A stretch of DNA of 64,000 bases, taken from Armatimonadota bacterium. GTDB lineage: Bacteria > Armatimonadota > SYMT01. The notes beneath the pieces are model-generated. The model saw only the letters and a program-made list of their open reading frames with translations, searched no databases and had not been told where the DNA came from. The translations under genes were made by a program, and so were the position numbers. The stretch covers positions 288,001 to 352,000 of the forward strand of contig JAWLHY010000001.1 of the NCBI GenBank assembly GCA_041690135.1, in the 5' to 3' direction. Positions 9,801-19,389 of the stretch are shown here, in pieces (position 1 is the first letter of the stretch; each line of letters opens with the position of its first letter).

Positions 9801-10701
9801 CACCGCCGTCAACACGCAACGCCAGGCGCTGGGGAGGGAGTGGCTCGACGCCGCGGCGGGCGCCCACAGCCTGGAAGCCGAAGTCGAAGCGGGGGAGAAT
9901 GAGGGTGACGGTCCGGAACAGCCGCTGGAGCCGGTAGCGCTGACCGTGGAGGGGCTCCTGGCGACCTGGAATGCCGCAGCCGCGGAAGAGGTCCTTTCCT
10001 CCTACTCCGATGCGGAGAACGAGATCGCCCGCCTGCGGCGGCAGATCCGCTCCCTGGGCCCGGTGAACCCGGATGCGGTGGATCAGTATGAGCAGGCGAA
10101 GGAGCGCTACGACTTCCTCACGACGCAGCGGGCCGACCTGGAAGCCGCCCGGGAGCAACTGGAGACCGCCATCCGGGAAATCGACACGGCCAGCCGGGAG
10201 ACCTTCCTGCGCGCCTTCCAGGAGATCGCCGCGGCGTTCGACGTGATGTTTAAGAAGCTCTTCGGCGGCGGGACTACGGAACTGCGGCTCACTAACCCGC
10301 AGGACATTCTCGAAACGGGCATCGATGTGATCGTCCAACCGCCAGGCAAGAAACAGCAGAACCTGCTGTTGCTCTCCGGTGGCGAGCGGGCCCTGACGGC
10401 TTCCGCGATGCTTTTCGCCCTGCTCACCGTGCGCCCGAGCCCGTTCTGCGTGATGGACGAGATCGACGCGCCCCTGGACGAGACCAATGTCCGGCGGTTC
10501 ATCGACGTGTTGAAGAGCTTCGCGGGCCGCACGCAGTTCATCATGGTGACCCACAACCGGGGCACCATGGAGGGCGCCAACCAACTGTATGGCGTGACGA
10601 TGGAGGAGCGCGGGGTGAGCCGCGTGCTCTCCTGCACCCTCGACGACCCTGTCATCGCGACGACGACGACCGAACATGCGAGCAGCGTGGCTGGAGCTTG
10701 A
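6844..10701 (+). CDS. smc: Chromosome segregation protein SMC
   Basis: Walker A GPNGSGKSN, coiled coils, hinge, LSGGE signature, Walker B VMDEIDAPLD. Confidence 0.97.
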   Translation: MYLKNLHIHGFKTFAEKTQIVFNPGITCIVGPNGSGKSNITDAVLWVLGENNVRELRGTTSQDVIFAGNDRRRPLGMAEVSLTIDNSERILPLDFSEITVTRRLYRSGESECRINNVACRLRDIYELFLDTGVGRDGYSQIGQGEIDQILSVRSEDRRAIFEEAAGIKKYRVRKREAERKLENTQQNLVRVHDIIGEIEGQLGPLQRQANAARRYRELASRLRLLEHAWYGSKLTRLTAEREQLTKLVAELTEERKRLEAELATAQADEKAVRKSQEQLDQQVEAQRQHETGALQRIAAAETEKARAEERSGEVQRRLKALANELEDLARRIEEQVRRAEEINREEIQLKRDVDGLRGELSSAQLRSQEAAKVHQQTAAELERRRQAWLARARREAELEARVQSVTARVQGLEQQRKRAAEALEDGEAEQQRLHAERESFLGAAGQQRERAQALQAELDATRADSRKSEEATATARSALDGATRALQTHRARLQALSELGERGEGAAAGARKLLEAARRGHVKGKFSLLVEGFSVPAGTEKAVEAALGVYGDALLCDSPEYALNALRWLKNQKATALILPELPSAAAKPLSGSIGEAVGSGEDSDGPHAPSSPAPLLAESGAAVAWARHLLAGTFLVESLDQPVNQPTSQLPQPEPNPRQTAPATDTQQPANLPTFQPSNPDPDLGQPISRLWVTRTGEWRSEQGALSGGPMGAEGSAGAALARRRELDRLTQELPALEAAVEEARERVRKAETEAKRLQSALREKQSQSDAARLEHQAQLREADRRKADVERAGHRVERLKQDLARAEREYTAAQESLRQAEVEKERLARGEGEAAAGDVDEAAIRAGQERVAQLETERRAADTAVADLRVRVAQQEQRLQGVIAAGRRAAEAGVFLDRQRADRLKEQRTLIAEGEQRTLTFATLAQEVAEAQAQRDEARATLGRLAEERQKLNAELERARARGADLQARLRELMERSHRVEVELTAVNTQRQALGREWLDAAAGAHSLEAEVEAGENEGDGPEQPLEPVALTVEGLLATWNAAAAEEVLSSYSDAENEIARLRRQIRSLGPVNPDAVDQYEQAKERYDFLTTQRADLEAAREQLETAIREIDTASRETFLRAFQEIAAAFDVMFKKLFGGGTTELRLTNPQDILETGIDVIVQPPGKKQQNLLLLSGGERALTASAMLFALLTVRPSPFCVMDEIDAPLDETNVRRFIDVLKSFAGRTQFIMVTHNRGTMEGANQLYGVTMEERGVSRVLSCTLDDPVIATTTTEHASSVAGA

Positions 10702-11806
10702 TCTGGAGGCCTACCGGGGCAACCTCCGGGCCTTGGCGGAGTACACCGGGCGACCGGTGCTGGCCGTGGTGAAAGCCAACGCGTACGGTCACGGGATGGT
10801 CCGGATGGCGCAATCCGCGCTGGAGGTGGGCGAAGCCGGATGCTGCGGCGTAGCGGTAGCCCTACCCGAGGAAGGCGCCGAACTCCGGGAAACGGGTCAG
10901 ACGGGCCGCATCGTGGTCCTGGGCCTGGCCCTGGAAGAGCAGGCGGGCCTCCTCGTCGAGCACAACCTGGAGGCCGTGGTCACCCGTCCGGAGGTTCTGG
11001 AGGCTTTCGCGGAAGCGGCCGCCCGTACCGGGCGGCGGGCTCGGGTCCACGTGAAGGTCGACACCGGCATGTCCCGCGTGGGGGTAGACCCGGAGGAGGC
11101 GCTCGCCTTCTGCCGGCGCGTCCGCGACACGCCCTCCCTCGACTTGGCCGGAGTGCTCACGCATTTCGCCTGCGCGGAAGAGGAAGACCAGGCCAGCATG
11201 CGGGAGCAGTGGGACCGGTTCGAGCCGCTGCTCCGAGAGTTGCAATCGTGGCCCGCGCGCCCTCTTTTGCATGCCGCCAACAGCGCGGCGGCGCTCTGGT
11301 TTCCACCTGCCCGGCTTGATTGGGTCCGCTGCGGACTGGTGACCTACGGCGTTTCGCCCGCGCCCCGTCCGCTGCCGGTCCCGGTGCGGCCGGTTGCGGC
11401 GCTACGGGGCCGGGTGGTGCAGGTCCGCGAGATCCCGGCGGGCCGCTCCGTCAGCTACGGGGCCACCTGGACCGCGGAGCGCCGTACCCGCCTGGCGCTC
11501 GTACCCCTGGGATATGGGGACGGCTATCCCTGGGCCCTCGGCAACCTGGGAGAGGCAATTCTGCGGGGGCAAAGAGTTCCCATCCGGGGCCGGGTCTGCA
11601 TGGACCAACTCTTGCTGGACGTGACCGACCTGCCACCGGTGGAGCCGGGGGAGGTCGCCACCTTTATCGGCTGCCAGGGTGACGAGTGTATTTCCGTGGA
11701 GAATATCGCCGATCTGGCGGGTACTATCCCCTATGAGGTGTTGACCCGGTTCGCCGCGCGTCTCCCTCGGGTGCCGGTAAACGGCGCCTGTTATAATGGG
11801 GGGTAG
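10676..11806 (+). CDS. alr: Alanine racemase
   Basis: AVVKANAYGHG, HVKVDTGMSRVG, GYGDGY, GRVCMDQ. Confidence 0.96.
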   Translation: MRAAWLELDLEAYRGNLRALAEYTGRPVLAVVKANAYGHGMVRMAQSALEVGEAGCCGVAVALPEEGAELRETGQTGRIVVLGLALEEQAGLLVEHNLEAVVTRPEVLEAFAEAAARTGRRARVHVKVDTGMSRVGVDPEEALAFCRRVRDTPSLDLAGVLTHFACAEEEDQASMREQWDRFEPLLRELQSWPARPLLHAANSAAALWFPPARLDWVRCGLVTYGVSPAPRPLPVPVRPVAALRGRVVQVREIPAGRSVSYGATWTAERRTRLALVPLGYGDGYPWALGNLGEAILRGQRVPIRGRVCMDQLLLDVTDLPPVEPGEVATFIGCQGDECISVENIADLAGTIPYEVLTRFAARLPRVPVNGACYNGG

Positions 11807-11814
11807 GCCTGTCC

Positions 11815-12564
11815 ATGATTCCGCTGCACGACGACAACCCGACCCGCTCGACCCCGGTGGTGACGTTCATCCTCATCGTGATGAACGTCGTCGTCTTCCT
11901 GTACCAGCTCAGCATCGGCCTGGACTACTCGGCCTTTGCCTACGGGCTCATCCCGGCCGAGCTCCTGGGCAACCAGCCGCAAGTCCTGCGTGATCCGGAG
12001 TTCACCCGCCGCGCGCTGGAAGCGAACTTCGATCCTTCGTGGGCCACTATCTTCTCGTCGATGTTCATGCACGGAAGCTGGCTCCACATCATCAGCAACA
12101 TGTGGTTCCTCTGGATCTTCGGCAATAACATCGAAGATGCCCTGGGGAAGGTCAAGTACATCCTCTTTTACCTGGCATGTGGAATCGGAGCGGCGCTCGC
12201 GCAGACCTTCCTGAGCGCAAATTCGCCCATTCCCATGGTGGGGGCTTCCGGAGCGCTGGCCGGCGTATTGGGCGCCTACCTGGTGCTGTTCCCCGGAAGC
12301 CGGGTGCTGGTGCTGGTCACCGCATTTATCATCACCACCATGCAGGTGCCTGCCTGGCTGATGCTGGGCTTCTGGTTCTTGTTGCAGGTGATCAACGGTC
12401 TGGTCTCGCTGGGCCCCCAGGCCCCCACCGGAGGCGTGGCCTACGCCGCCCACGTGGGTGGCTTCGTGGTCGGCTGGCTCCTTATCCGGATCCTGGGCGC
12501 CCATCCGCACCGCCGGGAAGAACGACGCTACGAACGCCGCCCGGAGTTCATGGACTGGCGCTAG
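11815..12564 (+). CDS. Rhomboid family intramembrane serine protease
   Basis: SMFMHGSWLHIISNM, GASGA, AHVGGF; TATAAT at ~11793. Confidence 0.94.
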   Translation: MIPLHDDNPTRSTPVVTFILIVMNVVVFLYQLSIGLDYSAFAYGLIPAELLGNQPQVLRDPEFTRRALEANFDPSWATIFSSMFMHGSWLHIISNMWFLWIFGNNIEDALGKVKYILFYLACGIGAALAQTFLSANSPIPMVGASGALAGVLGAYLVLFPGSRVLVLVTAFIITTMQVPAWLMLGFWFLLQVINGLVSLGPQAPTGGVAYAAHVGGFVVGWLLIRILGAHPHRREERRYERRPEFMDWR

Positions 12565-12609
12565 ATGGATTAGGATAAGGATCTAGATGGATTAGGATAA
12601 GGATAAGGA
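12561..12609. repeat. 22-bp tandem duplication CTAGATGGATTAGGATAAGGAT x2 (hexamer family)
   Basis: First copy contains the rhomboid stop codon. Confidence 0.85.
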
Positions 12610-12905
12610 CTCTGGATCCACGCAATGGGCTTGGTGTGAGACTCGAATCCGGAGTGCGCGCCCTTGAATTGAACGCCTGCTAGGTCGAGCACCCTCTGGT
12701 AGGCCGCTTATTGCAATGGAGAATCATGGATCTTATCGTGCTGATTCGCCCGCTGTGGTGATCAGTCGTTCCCCTCGAATCCTTGGGACTGGGAGAGGGT
12801 TACGCGCTGCGGGAGTGGACTAGAGGCTTGAGTTTTGTCTTTCGGGAGCACAGCCTCGGATGCGGTAGCCAAGGAATGCAAGAAGTGCCTCATCGTGGTC
12901 ACGGG

Positions 12906-12961
12906 CTCCCCCTCTGTGTCGGAGAGGCCGGGTACCCACGAAGTGGGTGGCGGGGGTGAGG
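12906..12961. repeat. REP-like CTCCCCCTCT..GGAGAGG..GGGGGTGAGG element with 22-bp internal insert
   Basis: Uninserted relative at 30417-30457; insert identical to 45657-45678. Confidence 0.6.
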
Positions 12962-13071
12962 TTACTCTGGTCACCGTACCCGCGATTGCTATCGTTAGCG
13001 TGGCGGCCGGTGTTGAAGGATTGGAACCGGTTGGGGTCTGACGGGCTTCGGCCCGTGGACTACTTACAAAT

Positions 13072-15063
13072 ATGCTAAGACGCTTTCACCCGCTGGTCGG
13101 GGTGCTGTTCGTGATCGGCGCCCTGGCCAGTTTTGTTGCCCTGGCCGCTCGCTACCGCGCGGAGGCTGCGAACCGGCGCGTGGCGCTGGTCCTCGACTAC
13201 GACCAACTTCGGCAGTTGACCACCGCGACGGGCGTCCCGCTGGACGAAGCGCTCCGGCAGCTTAAAGCGGCGGGGATTACGGGGGTGGCGGTGACGGAGG
13301 AAACCATCGCCGACCTGCAGGATGCCGGCGCGCTGGATGTGGAAGCGCAGGCGACATCCACGGGCCGCGTGACCCGGGTCTCCTTCTCCGAACCCGCACT
13401 GGCGGAACGAGTCACCGATCACATCGCCCGGTTCTACGGCGCGACGGAGACCCGGCCGGCGGAGGGGGATTACGTGGTGTTCCCCGGTCCCGGAGGGGGA
13501 GAGGTCTACGTCCCCGGCCGCTACGAAGACCTGCGTCCTGCCGGGATCGGGCTGAACCCGCGGGCCGTGGAGCGGATCAATGCCCTGGACCTGGACCCCG
13601 TGGGGCGGATCTACAGCGCCCTGGGGGCGGACCCGGAGTCGATCCGTTGGAAGCTGAAGCGGCTGTGGGATCGCGGAATCGATACGGTGATCTTCGCCGG
13701 CGAGGAAGTGCTGGGATTCAACAAGCTAATCAACCAGACGGCCGCGGCCTTCCGGGAGTTCAACCTTCTCTACGGCAGCATCGAGTTCGGCAAGCAGCGC
13801 GGGGATGCTGGACTGTCCACCCAGTTAGAGGACCGGCTGGTGCGGGTCCACTCCATTTCGCCGGCGGAGATGGCGCGGTTGATGCCGCACGAGGCGATCG
13901 AACGCTACGTACGGGCCGCGGCGGAACGAAACATCCGGTTGAACTACGTGCGGCTGCCGGTGACGGCTGGTCCTAACACCTTTCAGTCAGCCGTGCAGTA
14001 TGTGGATCGCTTGTCCAACGAAACGGCGCGCTCCGGCTTCGGTCTGGCCTCGCCCCTGCCGTTTAGCCGGGTCTGGCCAACCGATGTTCCGGGACGTCTT
14101 CCGGCCGCGCTGATCGCCCTGGGAGTGGGTGCGGGCGCGGTGATGCTGATGGCCGGAGTCGTGCCGCTTACCGGCGGGCTTCAGGCCGCATTTGGGCTGG
14201 TCGTCGCCCTCGCCTGTGCCGCATTAGCCCTCTCGGGTGTCACCCTGGGCTTGCAACTGGTGGCCCTTCTGGCCGCCGTCGTGTTTCCCACGCTGGGCTT
14301 CGTGCTCTTCCCGCAGCCCGTGGGCGCCTTCGAAGAGCACGAGCACGCCGCCGTGCGGGACCGCAGCGAGGCGATCGTCCCGGCGGTGGGCGAATTCGCC
14401 ATGATCTCCCTCGTCACGCTCATCGGCGCGCTGATGGTAGCGGGGCTCCTCTCCGAGTTGCCCTTCCTGGTGAAGACCAAGGGCTTCATCGGCATCAAGG
14501 CGGCGACGGTTCTGCCGATACTCCTGGTGGGCTGGATCTACCTGACGGGAATGACGGGGCTCTACCCTTCCTGGCAGGCGGAGCGGGCGGCGGTGTCGGA
14601 GCGCCTGCGGCGTTTCTTCGATGAGCCGCTGCGGGTGTGGCACACGGTGGCGGTGTTCGTGGGCCTGGCGGCGGTAGCCCTCCTGGTGCTCCGCTCCGGC
14701 AATGATCCCGGCGTGGGTGTGTCCGACCTGGAGCTGCGGTTCCGGGTCCTGCTCGACCGCATCCTGGGAGTGCGCCCGCGGACCAAGGAGTTTGCGGTGG
14801 GCCACCCGGCGCTGCTCCTGGGACTGGCCATGGCCGTGGCTCCCCGGTGGCGGGTCTGGGCGTTCCCGCTGATCTTGCTGGGGTTGATCGGCCAGTCCGG
14901 AATGCTTAACTCTTTCTGCCATCTGCACACCCCGATCCGGATGACGTTGGTCCGCACGTTCAACGGCTTGTGGTTGGGGGGCCTGATCGGCGTGGTCCTC
15001 ATTCTAATCTGGCAGCGGCTGAGCCAGCCCCGGCGCAGGCCGGATGCCTCCTTGCGTGTATGA
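13072..15063 (+). CDS. DUF5693 family membrane protein
   Basis: RVHSI, RAAAERNIR, GIKAA, RSGN, RPRTKEF..GHP, NSFCHLHTP; adjacent to csaB. Confidence 0.85.
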   Translation: MLRRFHPLVGVLFVIGALASFVALAARYRAEAANRRVALVLDYDQLRQLTTATGVPLDEALRQLKAAGITGVAVTEETIADLQDAGALDVEAQATSTGRVTRVSFSEPALAERVTDHIARFYGATETRPAEGDYVVFPGPGGGEVYVPGRYEDLRPAGIGLNPRAVERINALDLDPVGRIYSALGADPESIRWKLKRLWDRGIDTVIFAGEEVLGFNKLINQTAAAFREFNLLYGSIEFGKQRGDAGLSTQLEDRLVRVHSISPAEMARLMPHEAIERYVRAAAERNIRLNYVRLPVTAGPNTFQSAVQYVDRLSNETARSGFGLASPLPFSRVWPTDVPGRLPAALIALGVGAGAVMLMAGVVPLTGGLQAAFGLVVALACAALALSGVTLGLQLVALLAAVVFPTLGFVLFPQPVGAFEEHEHAAVRDRSEAIVPAVGEFAMISLVTLIGALMVAGLLSELPFLVKTKGFIGIKAATVLPILLVGWIYLTGMTGLYPSWQAERAAVSERLRRFFDEPLRVWHTVAVFVGLAAVALLVLRSGNDPGVGVSDLELRFRVLLDRILGVRPRTKEFAVGHPALLLGLAMAVAPRWRVWAFPLILLGLIGQSGMLNSFCHLHTPIRMTLVRTFNGLWLGGLIGVVLILIWQRLSQPRRRPDASLRV

Positions 15064-16139
15064 AGCGACAACAGGTCCTCTTTTCCGGTTACTACGGGTT
15101 CGGCAACGCCGGCGACGAAGCGGTGCTGGCCGCCAGCGTGGCAATGTTCCGCCAGAAACGGCCCGACCTGCCGATCCGCGTGCTCTCGGCCGACCCGGCT
15201 GCCACCAGCAGGCAACTTCAGGTGGAGGCTTCGCCCCGGATGAACCCGGCGGCGATCGCGCCCCAGTTGATGAAGACCGGCCTGTTCATCAGCGGTGGGG
15301 GGAGCCTGCTCCAGGATAAGACCAGCACGCGGTCGCTGGTCTACTACCTCACCCTGATCGAGACAGCGCGGCGCTTCGGCTGCAAGACGATGGTCTTCGC
15401 CCAGGGGATCGGTCCCCTGACCCGGGAAGATTCGCGTGTCCGGACCGCTCGGGTGCTGTCTCAGGTGGACCGCATCACCGTGCGGGACGGCGAGTCGGCG
15501 GAGCTCCTGCGGGAGATCGGCGTCAAGCGCGAGATCGAGGTGACCGCCGATCCGGTGTTCGCGATTCCGGCGGGGGAAAGCCTTACGGTCACCGAGGCCA
15601 CCGCGATGGGTCCGGGAATCGGCGTCTCTCTTCGCCCCTGGGAGGGGGTGGACACGCTCCTGGCCCCCCTGGCTGAAGCGCTCGCCCCCTTCGCGGAGCA
15701 GGGCATTCCCATTTATGGCTGGCCCCTCTATCCCGAAGAGGACACCCCGCTTCTCGAAGCTCTCGCCGTGAAACTGCCGGCTCTGCGGATCCTGCGAGGG
15801 CCGTTCACGCCGACCGAGTGGGCTGCGCTGGCACTGCGCACCCGCGTGGCCGTGGGAATGCGGCTACACGCCCTGATCTTCGCCGCGGCGCGGGCCACGC
15901 CGGTCCTCGGCATCAGCTACGACCCCAAGGTCGACGCCCTCCTCCAGCGGGTGCGCGGCACCCTGATCGGCCGTCCCGGCGAGGAGTTGGACGCAGGGGA
16001 ACTGCGCAAGGAGATCGAACGCACCCTGAACGAGGATGAGCGCCGGCGCCGCTCCCGCCAGGAACGGGTCGCGCACCTTCAGTCCCTTGCGGAGCGGAAC
16101 GTCGAGGTCGCCCTGGAGTTGCTGGCAACCAGCAGTTAA
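15060..16139 (+). CDS. csaB: Polysaccharide pyruvyl transferase CsaB
   Basis: SGYYGFGNAGDEA, GGGSLLQD.TS, AQGIGP, GMRLHALI, SYDPKV; ATGA overlap with upstream gene. Confidence 0.9.
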   Translation: MKRQQVLFSGYYGFGNAGDEAVLAASVAMFRQKRPDLPIRVLSADPAATSRQLQVEASPRMNPAAIAPQLMKTGLFISGGGSLLQDKTSTRSLVYYLTLIETARRFGCKTMVFAQGIGPLTREDSRVRTARVLSQVDRITVRDGESAELLREIGVKREIEVTADPVFAIPAGESLTVTEATAMGPGIGVSLRPWEGVDTLLAPLAEALAPFAEQGIPIYGWPLYPEEDTPLLEALAVKLPALRILRGPFTPTEWAALALRTRVAVGMRLHALIFAAARATPVLGISYDPKVDALLQRVRGTLIGRPGEELDAGELRKEIERTLNEDERRRRSRQERVAHLQSLAERNVEVALELLATSS

Positions 16140-16358
16140 TCTCAAGTAGTGCACTCCTACAGGATCGGCTGCAGTTGCACTGCAGCCGAAACACTTCGTG
16201 CGCAGTTGCACTGCGCCGCTCCTGACCTGGGGCCGGCATTCGCGATTTGGGTGAACCAAGACAACTGCGAGGCCACAGGCTTCCAGGCGCCCCCACGGGT
16301 GCGCCTGCCGGTCCCCCCTCGATGCATTTGGAAGGCGTTTGATCCCCGAGGAGGTTGT

Positions 16359-17312
16359 ATGAGACGTCCGCGTTGGAGATGGCTGGGTGCGCTCCTCGGC
16401 CTGGTCGGCATCGGACTTACGGTTAGTAGCGCTCGCGGGGCGGATGCTCCCCTTCGGGGCGCACGGGAACACCGGTATCCGGGCCTCAGTGATGCGGAAG
16501 CCCGGTGGCAGGGACCGTTCTTCTTCGTCCAACTTGCGGATACCCAGTTCGGCATGTTCGAGGGGGACGCGAAGTGGGAGAAGGAGACCGCCCTGTTCGA
16601 GCAGGCGGTCCGGGAGATCAACCGCATTAAGCCGCGCTTCGTCATCATCTGCGGAGACCTGGTGAACCAGGTGCCCGGCGGCAAGTACCACGCGCCCCAG
16701 GTGGCGGAGTTCCAGCGCATCGCCCGGCGGATCGATTCCCGGATCCCGCTGATCTGTGTCTGCGGCAACCACGATGTAGGCAACCGGCCCACCCCGGACT
16801 CGCTGGCCGTCTACCGCCACGTGTTCGGCGATGATTGGTTCTCGTTCCAGATCGCGGGCCTTTACGGGATTGTCCTGAACTCCAGCCTCTACTGGGATCC
16901 GACCGGAGCCCCCGAAGAGCACGCGAAGCAGGAAGCCTGGTTCGCCGCGGAGCTGGAACGCGCGAAGACCTCCGGCGCCAAACACATCCTGGTGTTTCAG
17001 CACCACCCGTGGTTTTTGAGCAAGCCGGACGACCCGGACCAGTATTTCACCATCCCCCGCGTGAGAAGGGACCCGGCGCTGGCGTTGATGCGGAAGGCCG
17101 GCGTCCGCGCGGTGTTTGCCGGACACTACCACCGGAACGCGCTCGGCCGCGACGGCGACCTGGAGATGATCACCACCAGCGCGGTGGGCAAGCCCCTGGG
17201 CAAGGACCCTTCCGGCTTCCGCATCGTCAAGGTGTTCGAGGACCGCCTGGAGCACCAGTACTACGGCCTGGACCAACTGCCTACTACCGGTATACTTTCC
17301 CCGTCGAATTAG
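16359..17312 (+). CDS. Exported calcineurin-like metallophosphoesterase (CPPED1-like)
   Basis: ADTQFG, CGDLVN, GNHD, FQHHP, GHYH; signal peptide; GAGGAGG SD before ATG 16359. Confidence 0.9.
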   Translation: MRRPRWRWLGALLGLVGIGLTVSSARGADAPLRGAREHRYPGLSDAEARWQGPFFFVQLADTQFGMFEGDAKWEKETALFEQAVREINRIKPRFVIICGDLVNQVPGGKYHAPQVAEFQRIARRIDSRIPLICVCGNHDVGNRPTPDSLAVYRHVFGDDWFSFQIAGLYGIVLNSSLYWDPTGAPEEHAKQEAWFAAELERAKTSGAKHILVFQHHPWFLSKPDDPDQYFTIPRVRRDPALALMRKAGVRAVFAGHYHRNALGRDGDLEMITTSAVGKPLGKDPSGFRIVKVFEDRLEHQYYGLDQLPTTGILSPSN

Positions 17313-17377
17313 TCCCTTACCATTACGCCTCCGTGCCAAACGCACACCCGTGGCGTTGTTTCGGAGAACTAAGGCGC

Positions 17378-17489
17378 GTCATTGCGAGCCCCGACCGGTC
17401 CGTCGGGAGGCACGCCTGCCGCGCCTTGGTTTGTGTCGCTTTCAAGTGCGAGAACCGTCCTCTCCGGGGCGTGGCAATCCCCCTGGTGA
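17378..17489. repeat. GTCATTGCGAG...CGTGGCAATCCCCCTGGTGA element
   Basis: Terminal 20 bp are the exact reverse complement of 56414-56433. Confidence 0.75.
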
Positions 17490-17732
17490 CCACAGTGGGT
17501 CATGATTTCAGCAAGTCGCTCTCCGGCCCCGGAGTTTCGCAAAGCGGACAAATGGTGGCGTAGGCGGCGGCGCGGATTTCATCCCGTCGGGAGTCGTGGC
17601 AGGACTTGAATTCATCCGGCCGGATCCCGCTTATTGTCTCCTGCCGGAGGGCTTGCCGTCCGACCTGACAGAACCGTGTCCTTCCCTGGGTAACACCCCC
17701 CTAACCAACAAACGGTAGGGGAGAACAGGGAA

Positions 17733-19076
17733 ATGGAATACGGATGCAGCGGGGCGCGGCAGGCGGTCCGGCAGGTAGATCGTCGCCGGTTTCTGACGGT
17801 GGGGGCGCTGGGGCTGGGGGGTCTGACCCTGGCCGACGCACTTTCTTTACGGGAGGCCGGCGCGGCCTCGAAGGATGACTATGCGGCCATCCTGCTCTGG
17901 CTCACCGGTGGGCCGAGCCAGTTCGATACCTTCGATCCGAAGCCGGACAGCCCCACGGAGGTGAAGGGACCGTTCGAGGCGATCCCCACGAGCCTGGACG
18001 GCTGCCGGTTTGGTGAAGTTTTTGAGAAGTCAGCGAAGCACGCGCACCGGATGGCGGTGATGCGGAGCGTGTACCATCCCCTGGACCACCATGTGCTGGC
18101 GCAGGGGTGGATGACGGCCGGGCGCCAGCACGACACGATGAACTACCCGCCGATGGGCTCCGTGATGGCGCGCGTGAAACCACAGAACCCCGTGATGCCC
18201 TCGTTCGTTACCGTGCCCCGGCTGAAGGGGATCACCGGCTACGACGAGACGCAGCACTACCAGACGGCGGGCGACCTGGGCCCCGCCTTTAACCCGCTGA
18301 TTCCCGACGGCGTACCGGGCGAGAAGGACTTCGCCCTGCGCGACATGAGCCTTCCGGACGACGTCAATGCGAAGCGGTTCGCGCGCCGCAGCCGCCTGTT
18401 GCAGCAGGTGAACCGGTCCGCCGCTAACAACGGTCCCAAGTCGCCGAACACCAAGATGGAGGCGATCTATGACAAAGCCCTGGAGTTGGTCCATTCCAGT
18501 GCCGTCCACGGGGCTTTCGGCCTGGGTGGCGAGCCGGATAAGCTGCGCGACAGCTACGGGCGGAACGGCTTCGGACAGAGTTGCCTCCTGGCCCGGCGCC
18601 TGGTAGAGAACGGCGTCCGCTTCGTGACGGTGAACTGGCCGGACTTTTATGCCTGGGACCAGCACTCGAACATCAAGGACGGGGTCAAAAAGACCGGCAG
18701 CGTGCTGGACGCGGCCCTGAGCTCATTGCTTGAAGACCTGTCCCAACGAGGCATGCTGAAGCGGACCCTGGTGATGGTGATGGGGGAGTTCGGACGCACC
18801 CCGCGCATGAACCCTTCCGGCGGCCGGGACCACTGGACCCACGGCATGACGGTGCTGATGGCCGGCGCCGGCATCCAGGGCGGCCAGGTTTGGGGCGCCA
18901 CCGGCGACGACGGCTATCCCAGTGACCGCCCGCTTCACGCGCGGGATATGGTCGCCACCGCCTACCAGGCGATCGGCATCAACCCGCACGCCGAGGTCGA
19001 GACGATCAGCGGCCGGCCTTACCAGCTCCTGCAAAACTGTCAGCCGGTCCGCGCCGTGCTGCAAAGCCGTGTCTGA
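17733..19076 (+). CDS. DUF1501 domain protein (Tat-like N-terminus)
   Basis: RRRFL, GGPSQFDTFDPKP, CLLARRLVENGVRFV, WD.H, GEFGRTP, GRDHW. Confidence 0.93.
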   Translation: MEYGCSGARQAVRQVDRRRFLTVGALGLGGLTLADALSLREAGAASKDDYAAILLWLTGGPSQFDTFDPKPDSPTEVKGPFEAIPTSLDGCRFGEVFEKSAKHAHRMAVMRSVYHPLDHHVLAQGWMTAGRQHDTMNYPPMGSVMARVKPQNPVMPSFVTVPRLKGITGYDETQHYQTAGDLGPAFNPLIPDGVPGEKDFALRDMSLPDDVNAKRFARRSRLLQQVNRSAANNGPKSPNTKMEAIYDKALELVHSSAVHGAFGLGGEPDKLRDSYGRNGFGQSCLLARRLVENGVRFVTVNWPDFYAWDQHSNIKDGVKKTGSVLDAALSSLLEDLSQRGMLKRTLVMVMGEFGRTPRMNPSGGRDHWTHGMTVLMAGAGIQGGQVWGATGDDGYPSDRPLHARDMVATAYQAIGINPHAEVETISGRPYQLLQNCQPVRAVLQSRV

Positions 19077-19389
19077 TTGGGGAAGCCACAGATTTCACAG
19101 ATTATGAGAAAGTGTAAGGAAAAAACTGGTCTGGAAGCGCGCGACCTTGCCTATAGGGGAAGCGAACCGGAAAGGAGGCAAAGGGAAAGAGTTTCACAGG
19201 TAATGCAGCCCACGGCCCGTATGGGATGGAAATGATGGGAAGGGAATCCCTCCTGCGACTGGCGCAAGTGACGGTGGAAGCTCGCAACAATGTCTGTTCG
19301 GATCGGGTCTCAATGCTGGAGCATCTGAACAGGAACAGTAATCTCCGCCGCACACTACTTCGCTTTGACGATCGCATTGAGGTGATACG

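Noticed and set aside
7921-10677. 918-aa antisense ORF and other long shadow ORFs (e.g. 3554-5053, 35984-37642, 47469-49079, 62255-63925)
   Set aside because: Antisense or off-frame to well-supported genes; expected in high-GC DNA; no motifs.
12726-12761. Ile/Leu/Val-rich leader peptide MDLIVLIRPLW
   Set aside because: No terminator/antiterminator seen, and the downstream gene is unrelated to branched-chain amino acids.
16164-16216. Two palindromes sharing GCAGTTGCACTGC
   Set aside because: Could be a terminator or operator, but with no U-tract and no other copies the support is insufficient.
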